In this document: one piece after another, positions 42,707-51,626 of the stretch
Layout: each line of letters opens with the position of its first letter
Numbering within the stretch: position 1 is the stretch's first letter
Source: Thermoproteota archaeon
Lineage (GTDB): Archaea; Thermoproteota; Thermoprotei; Thermofilales; B9-G17
Direction: 5' to 3'
Assembly: GCA_029258885.1 (NCBI GenBank)
Contig: JAPDJW010000001.1
Span: 36,089 to 100,088, forward strand
DNA: 64,000 bases
The notes under the pieces: generated by a model
What the model was told of the DNA's origin: nothing
The model's input: the letters and a program-made list of their open reading frames with translations, nothing else
The model's database searches: none
Position numbers and translations under genes: made by a program

Positions 42707-43156
42707 TTATTGATTCGCTTGTGTTAAACTTTGCTCTTTACGAAATTCTTCAAACAACTTTTTTATTCTCTCTGCCATAGGTCCTGTTCCCTCGACCCCC
42801 TCATCCGTAATCCTAATCCTATCCATAACCATTATGGCCCTTGCTTCGGGGTAGTATTTAACCATCCGTGGAAATACTTTTTCTAATCTTTTAGCAAAGC
42901 CTTCAAGGTCTAATGGAGGAACTTTAGTATAGATTTCAGAAATCACGTGTTTCATTATAAAGACTCTGGCGTATTTTTCCCCCTTATCATCCTCGGCCTC
43001 TTTCAGAACTACATCCTGATTAGTATCGTAACCTAGTAGTGTGCCAGTAAATGTTCGTCCGTTAATAGTCCTAACTGATATTACCTTATTCAGAAGAGAG
43101 GCCATCTCACTATTATACCTCTTCGAGGGTGTTAAAATCATGCTCACGTTACTCAC
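42707..43156 (-). CDS. Sm-like archaeal protein with C-terminal extension (SmAP3-like)
   Basis: Sm1 (VISVRTINGRTFTGTLLGYDTNQDVVLKEAED) and Sm2 (YARVFIMKHVISEIY) motifs, followed by a ~70-aa extra domain. Confidence 0.55.
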   Translation of the reverse strand: MSNVSMILTPSKRYNSEMASLLNKVISVRTINGRTFTGTLLGYDTNQDVVLKEAEDDKGEKYARVFIMKHVISEIYTKVPPLDLEGFAKRLEKVFPRMVKYYPEARAIMVMDRIRITDEGVEGTGPMAERIKKLFEEFRKEQSLTQANQ

Positions 43157-43273
43157 CTTTGCTTATATACTCCCAATACTATATTAAACGTTTCTGAATT
43201 ATCTGCAAAAGCTACAAGTAAACGTTAACGTTAAAACTCAGAATTAAAAATAAGACTTAAAGAGGAGAGATGC

Positions 43274-43489
43274 ATGAGTCCAAGCGAGAAAGTGTGCTCA
43301 ATTAAAGGATGCAGTAATCCATCGGTCAAAACAATCTCTCTCGAAATGTATAGGAAATCAGGGTTAAATCTAGAATTAAAGGATGATATTAGAAGGAAAG
43401 TCCATTTATGTAGGGAACACTATAAGGAATATAAGAGATTTATTAAAAAGTATCTAAGGCTGGAGAGATGGAGACTATGGAGAACATAG
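43274..43489 (+). CDS. small basic Cys/His protein overlapping the polB start
   Basis: 71 aa with C-x4-C (CSIKGC) and C-x2-H (CREH), and a Lys/Arg-rich C-terminus. Its stop lies 22 nt inside the polB ORF. Confidence 0.35.
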   Translation: MSPSEKVCSIKGCSNPSVKTISLEMYRKSGLNLELKDDIRRKVHLCREHYKEYKRFIKKYLRLERWRLWRT

Positions 43490-45984
43490 GAGAGAAGTTT
43501 AAGGAGGTTTTTCTTCTTCTGTCAGTAGCATATGATGGTAATGCAGGTAAGGCTTATTTAAAATTATACGATGTAGCTAATAATACCATTAGGGTATGGT
43601 ATGACAGTTCTGGACATAAGCCCTATCTTCTCACAAACCTCTATCCGGAAGAGATAGCTGATAGATATCCTCAAGTCATCTCTCATCCGGGCTTTGACCA
43701 CATGGAGGTTGTTAAAAAGATGGATGTACTTCGAGATAGGGAGATATTCTTGACAAAAATAGTTGCCCGTGATCCTCTCTCAATAGGAGGATCTAGGAAA
43801 TCTATAAGAGAGATCCTGCCTAGGACCTGGGAGGCTAGGATTAAGTATCATTTATGCTATATATATGATACTCAGTTGCTACCGGGAATGTTTTATGTGA
43901 TTAGGAATGGTATGCTCGAAAGGGTAAGGATTAGTATACCATTGGATGTTAAGAGGAAGGTAGAGGGCATATACTCAGAAAAAGAAACAGTAAAGAAGGC
44001 TTATGATTGGCTGGAGCTCTTTCAAGCTCCAATTCCCTTCATAAGAAGGATAGCTCTTGATATAGAGGTATATTCTCCTGTACCGGACAGGATACCTAAC
44101 CCTAAGGAGGCTAATTATTCCATAATAGCTGTAGCCTTTGCTGCAAACGATGGCTTTAACGAGGTGGTCATTTTAAAAAGAAAACATGAAAAAGAGGATT
44201 ATATTGCATCGTCATCCTATAATGTGAGATTCTTTGAGGACGAAAGAGAAATGTTGCGTTATGTTTTTAAGGTAATTGAAAGCTATCCTGTAGTTCTAAC
44301 ATTTAATGGCGACAATTTTGACATGCGTTATCTGTTGCATAGGGCTAAGTTACTGGGCATAAAGGACGAGGAGATACCTCTTCATGGGGGAAGGGACGAG
44401 GTAAACTTAAAGAGAGGTGTTCACATCGATCTTTATCGTTTCTTTAATAACCATGCAATGCAGGTATATGCCTTTAGCAACAAATATCAGGAGACGAAAA
44501 CACTGGACACAATATCCCAAGCATTAATAAATGAAGGAAAAGTGCATATAGATAAACCGATATCAGAGCTTTCATACCAGGAGCTAGCGAACTACTGTTA
44601 CCAGGATGCCTATTTGACACTTAAATTAACCACCTATAATAACGACTTGGTGATGAAGCTGATTATTCTGCTAATGCGTATCTCGAAGCTTCCCATGGAA
44701 GATATTATACGTCATAGCATTTCGCACTGGATCAAAAGTCTTATGTATTTTGAACATAGGAAAAGGGGATACTTGATACCTAATCCTGAAGACATAATGA
44801 GCATGAAGGGAAAAACATATACTAAGGCTATAATCAAAGGTAAAAAGTATCTCGGTGCAATAGTTATTGATCCGCTTCCCGGTGTATTCTTCAATGTTAT
44901 AGTCGTGGATTTCGCGTCACTTTATCCATCCGTCATAAAAAGGTGGAATTTGTCATATGAAACTATCCTTTGTCCACATGAAGAATGTAAGTCAAACAAG
45001 CTTTTCGGACTTCCCTACTGGGTGTGTAAAAAGAAGAGGGGTCTAATAGCCGAAATTGTAGGCTTTCTAAGGGACTTCAGGGTCTTCATATATAAACCAT
45101 TAGCTAAAGATCCGAACATAAATGAAACCTTGAGGAAGCAATATGACGTAGTTCAGCGTGCGCTCAAGGTTTTCATAAATGCAAGCTACGGCGTCTTTGG
45201 AGCTGAAACCTTTCCCTTATATTGTCCCCCCGTTGCTGAAAGCACAACTGCGTTGGGCAGGTATGCAATCTATTCCGCGATAAAGAAGAGCGAGGAGGAG
45301 GGACTTGTTGCACTTTATGGCGATACCGATAGCCTCTTCATATGGAATCCCAAAAAAGAAGACCTAAGTAAGGTTATAGAGTGGGCAAGGACAAATTTAG
45401 GAATCGATCTAGACATTGATAAAAGATATAGATACGTGATACTGAGTGGGTTAAAGAAAAACTACCTTGGAGTAACAGTGGAGGGTAAGCTAGATATCAA
45501 GGGGCTTGTAGGTAAAAAGCGAAACACACCGCTATTTATCAAAGAGTTATTTAGCGATGTTTCCCATAAGCTATCGAAGGTCGAGGATATAGGGGATATA
45601 GATAAAGTGCTGAAAGAAATAATTGAATTAGTAAGGGAGAGCTACTATAAACTTAAAAACAAACATTATTCTCTGGATGAGCTTGCCTTTAGAGTAGCAT
45701 TAACGAAAAATTTGTCTGAATATAATAAGACAACACCACAGCATGTTAAAGCGGCTAAGCAGTTAAAGAGATTTGGTAAAGAGATAGTAGTTGGGGATAT
45801 AATCAGTTTTGTGAAGACAAGGGGTAAGGAGGGAGTTAAAGCTGTTCAACTAGCAAGAATAGATGAGGTTGATGAAACCAAATATATTGAGTATATTGAG
45901 ACGACATTCAGACAAATACTTGAAGCCTTAGGCGTAAACTTCGATGAACTACTGGGTACTTTTCACATAGATAAGTTTATGTGA
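43468..45984 (+). CDS. polB: family B DNA polymerase
   Basis: Exo I RRIALDIEV, exo II FNGDNFDMRYL, pol motif A DFASLYPS, motif B KVFINASYG, motif C YGDTDS. 838 aa, no intein. Confidence 0.95.
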   Translation: METMENIGEKFKEVFLLLSVAYDGNAGKAYLKLYDVANNTIRVWYDSSGHKPYLLTNLYPEEIADRYPQVISHPGFDHMEVVKKMDVLRDREIFLTKIVARDPLSIGGSRKSIREILPRTWEARIKYHLCYIYDTQLLPGMFYVIRNGMLERVRISIPLDVKRKVEGIYSEKETVKKAYDWLELFQAPIPFIRRIALDIEVYSPVPDRIPNPKEANYSIIAVAFAANDGFNEVVILKRKHEKEDYIASSSYNVRFFEDEREMLRYVFKVIESYPVVLTFNGDNFDMRYLLHRAKLLGIKDEEIPLHGGRDEVNLKRGVHIDLYRFFNNHAMQVYAFSNKYQETKTLDTISQALINEGKVHIDKPISELSYQELANYCYQDAYLTLKLTTYNNDLVMKLIILLMRISKLPMEDIIRHSISHWIKSLMYFEHRKRGYLIPNPEDIMSMKGKTYTKAIIKGKKYLGAIVIDPLPGVFFNVIVVDFASLYPSVIKRWNLSYETILCPHEECKSNKLFGLPYWVCKKKRGLIAEIVGFLRDFRVFIYKPLAKDPNINETLRKQYDVVQRALKVFINASYGVFGAETFPLYCPPVAESTTALGRYAIYSAIKKSEEEGLVALYGDTDSLFIWNPKKEDLSKVIEWARTNLGIDLDIDKRYRYVILSGLKKNYLGVTVEGKLDIKGLVGKKRNTPLFIKELFSDVSHKLSKVEDIGDIDKVLKEIIELVRESYYKLKNKHYSLDELAFRVALTKNLSEYNKTTPQHVKAAKQLKRFGKEIVVGDIISFVKTRGKEGVKAVQLARIDEVDETKYIEYIETTFRQILEALGVNFDELLGTFHIDKFM

Positions 45985-45993
45985 AAAATATTT

Positions 45994-46404
45994 CTATTCC
46001 TCTATGGGCGATGATGCTAGCTTGGCGTATTCGATTGTTTCATCCTTTATCTTTTCATTAATATATGGCGTGACTATAACTACACTTCTTATTTCTATTT
46101 TATCTTCTCGCCATACATTATCATATGATATTTCATACATTGGAAGACTAATGTAAGCTTTATCTCTGCTTCTTCGAAGGTTGTATTTGCGTAGAATATT
46201 AAACATGTCCTTGGGTAGAGGTAAATCAAGTTCAAATGTTTGTTCTTCTTTTGTAACAATGAAATCGGAAGCTGATGGATCCCATAGATTTAGTAGTTCT
46301 GATACTAGCGATTTAACGGTTAGAGGTAAATTATCGTATTCTATCAACTCTATTTTCTCGATGCTACCTCTCTTACTATGTACTATAAGTAACTTTTCTT
46401 TCAT
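45994..46404 (-). CDS. hypothetical protein
   Basis: 136-aa ORF. 4-nt overlap with the upstream 104-aa ORF (operon). No motif. Confidence 0.35.
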   Translation of the reverse strand: MKEKLLIVHSKRGSIEKIELIEYDNLPLTVKSLVSELLNLWDPSASDFIVTKEEQTFELDLPLPKDMFNILRKYNLRRSRDKAYISLPMYEISYDNVWREDKIEIRSVVIVTPYINEKIKDETIEYAKLASSPIEE

Positions 46405-46715
46405 GTTTTTCCCTCTCTAATCTTCTCCTCTAAGATATCTTTCGCTTTAATATAATCTATTTTGCCTTTCTTATTCAGAGGAAATCTCGTCATTACATGC
46501 TCTATTTTACCATCCTCATATTCTATAAATATCTGAGGCAAATCTATTCCACCAATCTCATCACGTTCACCATATTTAATTAGGAAATCCCAGTCTTCGT
46601 CAAGTACCTGTAATTCTAAGTTATATGCATCACATATTTCTCTACATAATCGGACAGCCTTAGACTTTAAAGGATCATATTCGGCTGTTGCCAAAATAAC
46701 CCTTCTAACCGCCAT
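46401..46715 (-). CDS. hypothetical protein, possibly thioredoxin-fold-like without CxxC
   Basis: 104-aa ORF. The beta-alpha-beta pattern RRVILATAEYDP...LPQIFIEYEDGKI resembles a thioredoxin-like fold. Low certainty. Confidence 0.3.
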   Translation of the reverse strand: MAVRRVILATAEYDPLKSKAVRLCREICDAYNLELQVLDEDWDFLIKYGERDEIGGIDLPQIFIEYEDGKIEHVMTRFPLNKKGKIDYIKAKDILEEKIREGKT

Positions 46716-46825
46716 GATACTTTTATGCTCACTAGAGTAATATATAGCTTTTCATACACGCTAAAAACTATGAAACAGTCTCTATAGGTGGAAACATTTA
46801 ACTATTTCCTATGGACTTATATTAT

Positions 46826-46922
46826 GGGCCCGTGGCCTAGTGGAAAAGGCGGCGAGTTTTCCCGTAAGCCTGCGGATAGTGTAGAAAGCCGCAGAGCGTG
46901 GGTTCGAGTCCCACCGGGCCCA
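46826..46922 (+). tRNA. tRNA-Arg (GCG) with two short introns (13 nt at 29/30, nt 46855-46867; 11 nt at 37/38, nt 46876-46886)
   Basis: The acceptor, D arm and T arm are intact, but 46 nt lie between position 26 and the T stem. Removing the two segments gives GCGGC-CTGCGGA-GCCGC-AGAGC. Both splice-site pairs fall after the 2nd nt of 3-nt bulges separated by 4-bp helices. Confidence 0.75.
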
Positions 46923-47031
46923 TTTCATCATTAATGATATGCTTTTGATGAATATGTTCTACAAAGATTTAGCGAACGACATTGGCGAGGAAAAGTTTAT
47001 TGGCAACGCCGAATTTTACATTTTGGTTGCT

Positions 47032-47460
47032 ATGTCGTCGAAGGAGTTCCCCTATAATTATGAGGAATTACTTGAAAGAGCGTATAAGCTTTTGCCGAAG
47101 AAGGTTACTGTAAGAGTTGAGAGGTTTAAAGTACCGAGGCCAGAGGTAGTTATTAGTGGAAAAAGAACTTTCATCCAGAACTTCAAACAAATATGCGATA
47201 TATTAAATAGGGATCCGAAAATAGTATTAAGATATCTGCTTAGAGAGCTCGCGGCGCCAGGCGTACTTGAAGGAAATACAGCCGTAATTATGGGGGAAAA
47301 ATCCGAGCGTGTAATCAGATCTATAATCGATAGGTTTGTAAAGGATTACGTAATATGTCCTGTATGTAAACAGCCTGATACTTCACTGGTTAAGGAGAAG
47401 AAGATGATGTTCATAGTATGCATGGCCTGTGGAGCGAAATCTGCTGTCAGACCTATATAG
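47032..47460 (+). CDS. eif2b: translation initiation factor aIF2 beta subunit
   Basis: FPYNYEELLERAYKLLP, RFKVPRPEV..GKRTFIQNF, and the zinc ribbon CPVCKQPDT...CMACGA. The internal ATG at 47032 gives the typical ~142 aa; the ORF-track start at 46939 abuts the tRNA. Confidence 0.85.
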   Translation: MSSKEFPYNYEELLERAYKLLPKKVTVRVERFKVPRPEVVISGKRTFIQNFKQICDILNRDPKIVLRYLLRELAAPGVLEGNTAVIMGEKSERVIRSIIDRFVKDYVICPVCKQPDTSLVKEKKMMFIVCMACGAKSAVRPI

Positions 47461-47531
47461 CCTGGATATATTAAGGGTTTTAATAATTGTCTTTATATAT
47501 TATGGCCTGGATATAGTATCTTGGTGGTTTA

Positions 47532-48284
47532 ATGGTAGCTAGATTTGTCTTTGGGGATGCTAGAGAGTGGAGGTATATTGTCGATAGCCTAGCAACACTC
47601 ATAGAGGAAGCTAATTTCATAATGGACCCTACGGGGTTAAGGCTTAGAGCATTAGATCCTTCGAGAATAGCTATGGTTGATTTTATGCTCCCCTCAACGG
47701 CATTTGAGGAGTACGAGTGTGATGAAGAGACGCGAATTGGTGTGTCGTTCGACGACCTAAATAAGATCTTAAAGAGAGGGAGGGCAGACGAACGCCTCGT
47801 GTTTGAGGTAGCAGAGGATCGTCTTAGAATCAAGATCATAGGTAAGATTGAGAGAATATTTTCGCTGCCATTACTAGACATAGGTGGTGAGGAGTTAAAG
47901 CGGACGCCTAAAGTATCCTTTACTGCAAGAGCGCGTATGCTCAGCGATACATTATATGATGCCATTAAGGATGCAACATTAGTGAGTGATAGCGTGAAAT
48001 TTTCAGCCAAGCCTGAGGAATTTATAATCTATGCTGCTAGTGATAAGGGAGAAATAAACGTACGTTTCACGGAGGAGGGAGGTGCACTAATAGAATATGA
48101 AGTTTCTGAACCCGCTGAGGCCGTCTACAGTCTCGGATACCTCAATGATATCCTGAAAAAAGCGAATAAAGTATCAGATATGGTATTAGTTGAATTTGCA
48201 ACAAACAATCCATTATCGCTAACGTTCGATGTTGTAGGCGAAGGAAAGCTAACATACTTCCTTGCTCCTAGAATGGAAATGTAA
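47532..48284 (+). CDS. pcn: DNA polymerase sliding clamp (PCNA)
   Basis: 250 aa. ...WRYIVDSLATLIEEANFIMDPTGLRLRALDPSRIAMVDF... and the C-terminal LAPRME are typical of archaeal PCNA. Confidence 0.9.
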   Translation: MVARFVFGDAREWRYIVDSLATLIEEANFIMDPTGLRLRALDPSRIAMVDFMLPSTAFEEYECDEETRIGVSFDDLNKILKRGRADERLVFEVAEDRLRIKIIGKIERIFSLPLLDIGGEELKRTPKVSFTARARMLSDTLYDAIKDATLVSDSVKFSAKPEEFIIYAASDKGEINVRFTEEGGALIEYEVSEPAEAVYSLGYLNDILKKANKVSDMVLVEFATNNPLSLTFDVVGEGKLTYFLAPRMEM

Positions 48285-48303
48285 CAAGGAAGATAAATGA
48301 AAT

Positions 48304-49353
48304 ATGGAAGAGACGGTAATTTTTACTCTAGAGGATAAATTTAAGTATCCCTTTACTGCACAGGCCAGAGACCATATAAGAAAATTAAATTTTTCAATAG
48401 ATGACCTAGCATTACCCATTGGAAGAACAGTGCTTTCACTAGCTAAAAAACGTATTTTAGACGCAATTAGAAGGGAGCCATTTGCTAAGGCAGAGCCTAA
48501 GGATATAGACTTGGAAATAGGTCTTCTATCTTTTCCAACGTCCATTATAATTCTTGCTCAAGTAAGCGATGAAAGATTAGTAAGAGTATTTGCTATTTAT
48601 GAGTCAAAAAAAGTTAGAAATTTTCTAGAGGAAGAAAATACCAGAAAGATAGTATATATTGCCAGAAATGGGTTGGGATGGGATATAAGAAGTGGCTCCA
48701 GAAAATTTAATTTAGCGATAAGGTTCCATTATTACCTGACGTATCAACCAGAGTATTTAGGAAGCTGGAAGCTTGTTAATAAGGTACTTCACGATGGCTA
48801 TGTTCTAATAACGAGACATGAGCTAATAAGACTAATTGAGGAGTTTTCTAAAAGATACATAATTAAGGCTTGCAACGAAGCCAGAATAAGCAGACTTCCG
48901 GAATCATTATCCATTGCAATTGAAGAGATTAGCAGGGAATGGGCTAGTGTTCGAGCAAAATATGAGTTACCAAAAATATTATCTCGAGTAGATGAGAACG
49001 AAGTGTATCCCCCATGTATAATCAATCTGCTAAATCTTGTAAGGAGAGGAGAAAACATACCTCATTCTGGGCGTTTTGCGTTGGCAACTTTCATGTTAAA
49101 CATAGGCAAAAGCGTAGATGAAGTTATAGATCTCTTTAGAACAATGCCTGATTTCGACGAAAATAAGACTAGATATCAGGTTGAACATTTAGCTGGACTT
49201 CGCGGGTCTAGGATAAAGTATAGTACATTTAAATGTTTAAATATGAAGTCTCTCGGTCTCTGTGTAAAGGATTGCAAGGATATAAAACATCCACTTCAGT
49301 ATTTTTATAGAAAAATAGGGAGGAAATATGGATCCAAAAAAACTAATGTTTAA
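48304..49353 (+). CDS. priL: DNA primase large subunit PriL
   Basis: YPPCIINLL..., HSGRFALATFMLNIG, and the C-terminal Fe-S Cys residues (C...C..C). Confidence 0.85.
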   Translation: MEETVIFTLEDKFKYPFTAQARDHIRKLNFSIDDLALPIGRTVLSLAKKRILDAIRREPFAKAEPKDIDLEIGLLSFPTSIIILAQVSDERLVRVFAIYESKKVRNFLEEENTRKIVYIARNGLGWDIRSGSRKFNLAIRFHYYLTYQPEYLGSWKLVNKVLHDGYVLITRHELIRLIEEFSKRYIIKACNEARISRLPESLSIAIEEISREWASVRAKYELPKILSRVDENEVYPPCIINLLNLVRRGENIPHSGRFALATFMLNIGKSVDEVIDLFRTMPDFDENKTRYQVEHLAGLRGSRIKYSTFKCLNMKSLGLCVKDCKDIKHPLQYFYRKIGRKYGSKKTNV

Positions 49354-50581
49354 CTGCTTTAAGAGATATTACCGAAAAAACCCTGACATAGTAGTCCCTA
49401 ACAATATTAAGCAGAGAGAATTCGGTTTTATCTTATTCATAAACGATGAAATGATAAGGCATACGGCTTTTCCAAGTAGAGAAGAGCTAGTAAAGTATTT
49501 GAAAGAAAAAGTTCCGAGGCATGCATACTACTCTACTGCATACTACGTGGATCCGTCAGCTCCGGATATGGCCTCTAAGGGCTGGTTAGGGGCAGATCTA
49601 GTATTTGACATAGATGTGGATCACATACCGACCGATTGCAAGGCTGATCATGATTTTTATCTGTGTCAGGACTGTGGAGGTATATCTATATCGGGCGAAC
49701 AGTGCAGTGTATGCGGGTCCAGTCGCATTAAAAAGGTGACGTGGGTATGTGAAAGATGCTTAGACGTTGCAAGGGAGCATGCACTAAGACTTATAGATAT
49801 CCTAATTTCAGATTTTGGTTTTAGCTCCAATGAAATTGAGATAGTTTTCTCGGGACATAGAGGTTATCATATACATGTGCAAAATAAGGATATTCTAGAG
49901 CTGGGGCAAGACGGCAGGAGGGAGATACTTGATTATGTTAGAGGCGAAGGAATAGATTTTCGTTTTCTGCCTGGTTTTAACATACCGAGAAAGGGCAGTA
50001 AGTCTATTAGCGCCAGTATAGATTCGAGAGGTTGGCCCGGAAGAATAATGAGATCCCTATATAATATCATTCTTAATTTAAACGAAAATAACTTTCATGA
50101 AATATTATCTAGGGAGATAGAAAGAGATGACTTAGAGTATATACTAGAAAATAGATCATTCTTCTTGGAAGAATTGGAGAACCCAGATAAAGGATACGTA
50201 AACCTGCTTAAACTGAGGAGGAAAACACTTTTAGCACTGCTAGAGTCGGCCGTAGATTTTTCTAAAGTTATAGTCGACGAAAAGGTCACAATAGACACTA
50301 AAAGACTGATAAGACTGCCTGGTTCTCTCCATGGAAAAACTGGTATGGCTGTTAGAAAAATTTTGTTCTCTGACTTAGAAAATAAGAGTCCTGTTGACTA
50401 TGCCATAGTATTTGCGGAAAATGAATACTTCAAGATAAAGGCTAAGTTCTTTCCAAGGCATATCCTCGACTTTAAGATAGAAGATAAAAAAGGCAATGGC
50501 TATATTGTCGTACCGAAATACATAGCTATATATCTTATAGGAAATGCTAGTGAAATAGTGGAGGCAATTGAAGTTATATAG
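49328..50581 (+). CDS. priS: DNA primase catalytic subunit PriS
   Basis: DLVFDIDVDH catalytic motif, a zinc-knuckle insert (CQDC...CSVC), SGHRGYHIHV, RLPGSLHGKTG. It overlaps the priL 3' end by 26 nt. Confidence 0.9.
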   Translation: MDPKKLMFNCFKRYYRKNPDIVVPNNIKQREFGFILFINDEMIRHTAFPSREELVKYLKEKVPRHAYYSTAYYVDPSAPDMASKGWLGADLVFDIDVDHIPTDCKADHDFYLCQDCGGISISGEQCSVCGSSRIKKVTWVCERCLDVAREHALRLIDILISDFGFSSNEIEIVFSGHRGYHIHVQNKDILELGQDGRREILDYVRGEGIDFRFLPGFNIPRKGSKSISASIDSRGWPGRIMRSLYNIILNLNENNFHEILSREIERDDLEYILENRSFFLEELENPDKGYVNLLKLRRKTLLALLESAVDFSKVIVDEKVTIDTKRLIRLPGSLHGKTGMAVRKILFSDLENKSPVDYAIVFAENEYFKIKAKFFPRHILDFKIEDKKGNGYIVVPKYIAIYLIGNASEIVEAIEVI

Positions 50582-50596
50582 AGGTGTTAAGACGAT

Positions 50597-51118
50597 ATGA
50601 TTAACGATAAGGTTACTGAGATATTAAAGGAATTAACGAGGACCTTATTAAGGGAGTATGAGGAAAAAAAGTTGATTCAATTAGATAGGTATTTCTATCA
50701 ACGCCTAATGAAGTGTATTTCAAAGCTAAGGTCTTCTCCTACCGATGAAATTAAATTACGTGAGCATTTAATTGATTTTCTTACAAAAAGATTTCGTGAA
50801 CTTATTACAGTTAGAATGTGTAAGGCTATGTATTCTTATGCGTTAGATGGGAGCATAGAGCGCAATTTTTTACTTCCAGAGGAAAAACAAATATTAGATA
50901 TAATATTAGGTAAAATAGAGAAGCTGGTACAGGGACAACGCATAGAAATCCATGGTTTAAAACGCGAGTATAGGATCGTCAGATTCCTAAAACCGTATCC
51001 AAGGTTCGTAGCAAGCGATAGCCTTAGTTATGGCCCCTTCGCAGCGGAAGACATAGCCTTCATTCCCTCATCTGACGCTAAAGACCTAAAGGAAAGAGAA
51101 ATAGTAGAAATAATCTAA
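50597..51118 (+). CDS. probable GINS subunit (Gins51/Gins15-type, A-domain then B-domain)
   Basis: Helical N-terminal domain with L..E....L..L...FY...........R..K......LLPEEKQILD, then a small beta C-terminal domain (YRIVRFLKPYPRFVASD..YGPFAAEDIAFIP...A..L). Sits directly after priS. Confidence 0.55.
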   Translation: MINDKVTEILKELTRTLLREYEEKKLIQLDRYFYQRLMKCISKLRSSPTDEIKLREHLIDFLTKRFRELITVRMCKAMYSYALDGSIERNFLLPEEKQILDIILGKIEKLVQGQRIEIHGLKREYRIVRFLKPYPRFVASDSLSYGPFAAEDIAFIPSSDAKDLKEREIVEII

Positions 51119-51223
51119 CTACTTTATCAGTAAGAGATGTGTTATAGTGAATTTTACCCGAGCCTAGAGAAAACTTTATCCAATAGTAATTCGATATAGG
51201 GATAAACCGAAACGGTGACAGTC

Positions 51224-51547
51224 ATGGTTAAGTTTTGCCCTAAATGCGGCGGAATAATGTTAAATAAGGGCGGTTCAACAGTTAAATGTATAAGCTGTGG
51301 TTACGAGGAAGTCGTAGGAGAATCCGGTAGCAATGTAAGGATAGTTAGACGTAATAAGAAGAAGGAAATCGTAGTCATTGAGGAAGAACCGCAGGTCAGG
51401 TTACTACCTAAAACTAACATAACATGTCCTCGCTGCGGCTTTAATGAGGCATACTATTGGGAAATTCAGACGAGAAGCGCTGATGAGCCTGCAACGAGGT
51501 TCTTTAAATGTGTAAAATGCGGTTATTCATGGAGAGAGTATGATTAG
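51224..51547 (+). CDS. tfs: transcription factor S (TFS, TFIIS/RpoM-like)
   Basis: N-terminal zinc ribbon CPKCG...CISCG. C-terminal CPRCG...YYWEIQTRSADEPATRFFKCVKCG with the acidic DE hairpin. Confidence 0.9.
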   Translation: MVKFCPKCGGIMLNKGGSTVKCISCGYEEVVGESGSNVRIVRRNKKKEIVVIEEEPQVRLLPKTNITCPRCGFNEAYYWEIQTRSADEPATRFFKCVKCGYSWREYD

Positions 51548-51626
51548 GAGAAGGAATCGCATGTTAGCATTGCCGAAGTCCTAGCGAAAGCTTAATAAGA
51601 CGTAGTTCTATAAGTGATGTACTGTT

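Noticed and set aside
46939-47031. N-terminal extension of aIF2 beta given by the ORF track (start at 46939)
   Set aside because: It would start 17 nt after the tRNA-Arg gene and add 31 residues not typical of aIF2 beta. The internal ATG at 47032 gives the canonical ~142-aa protein.
43157-51214. Search for a replication origin (ORB/mini-ORB repeats, Orc1/Cdc6) near the replisome genes
   Set aside because: No Orc1/Cdc6 or WhiP gene and no ORB-like inverted repeats were seen by eye. The intergenic spacers are short.
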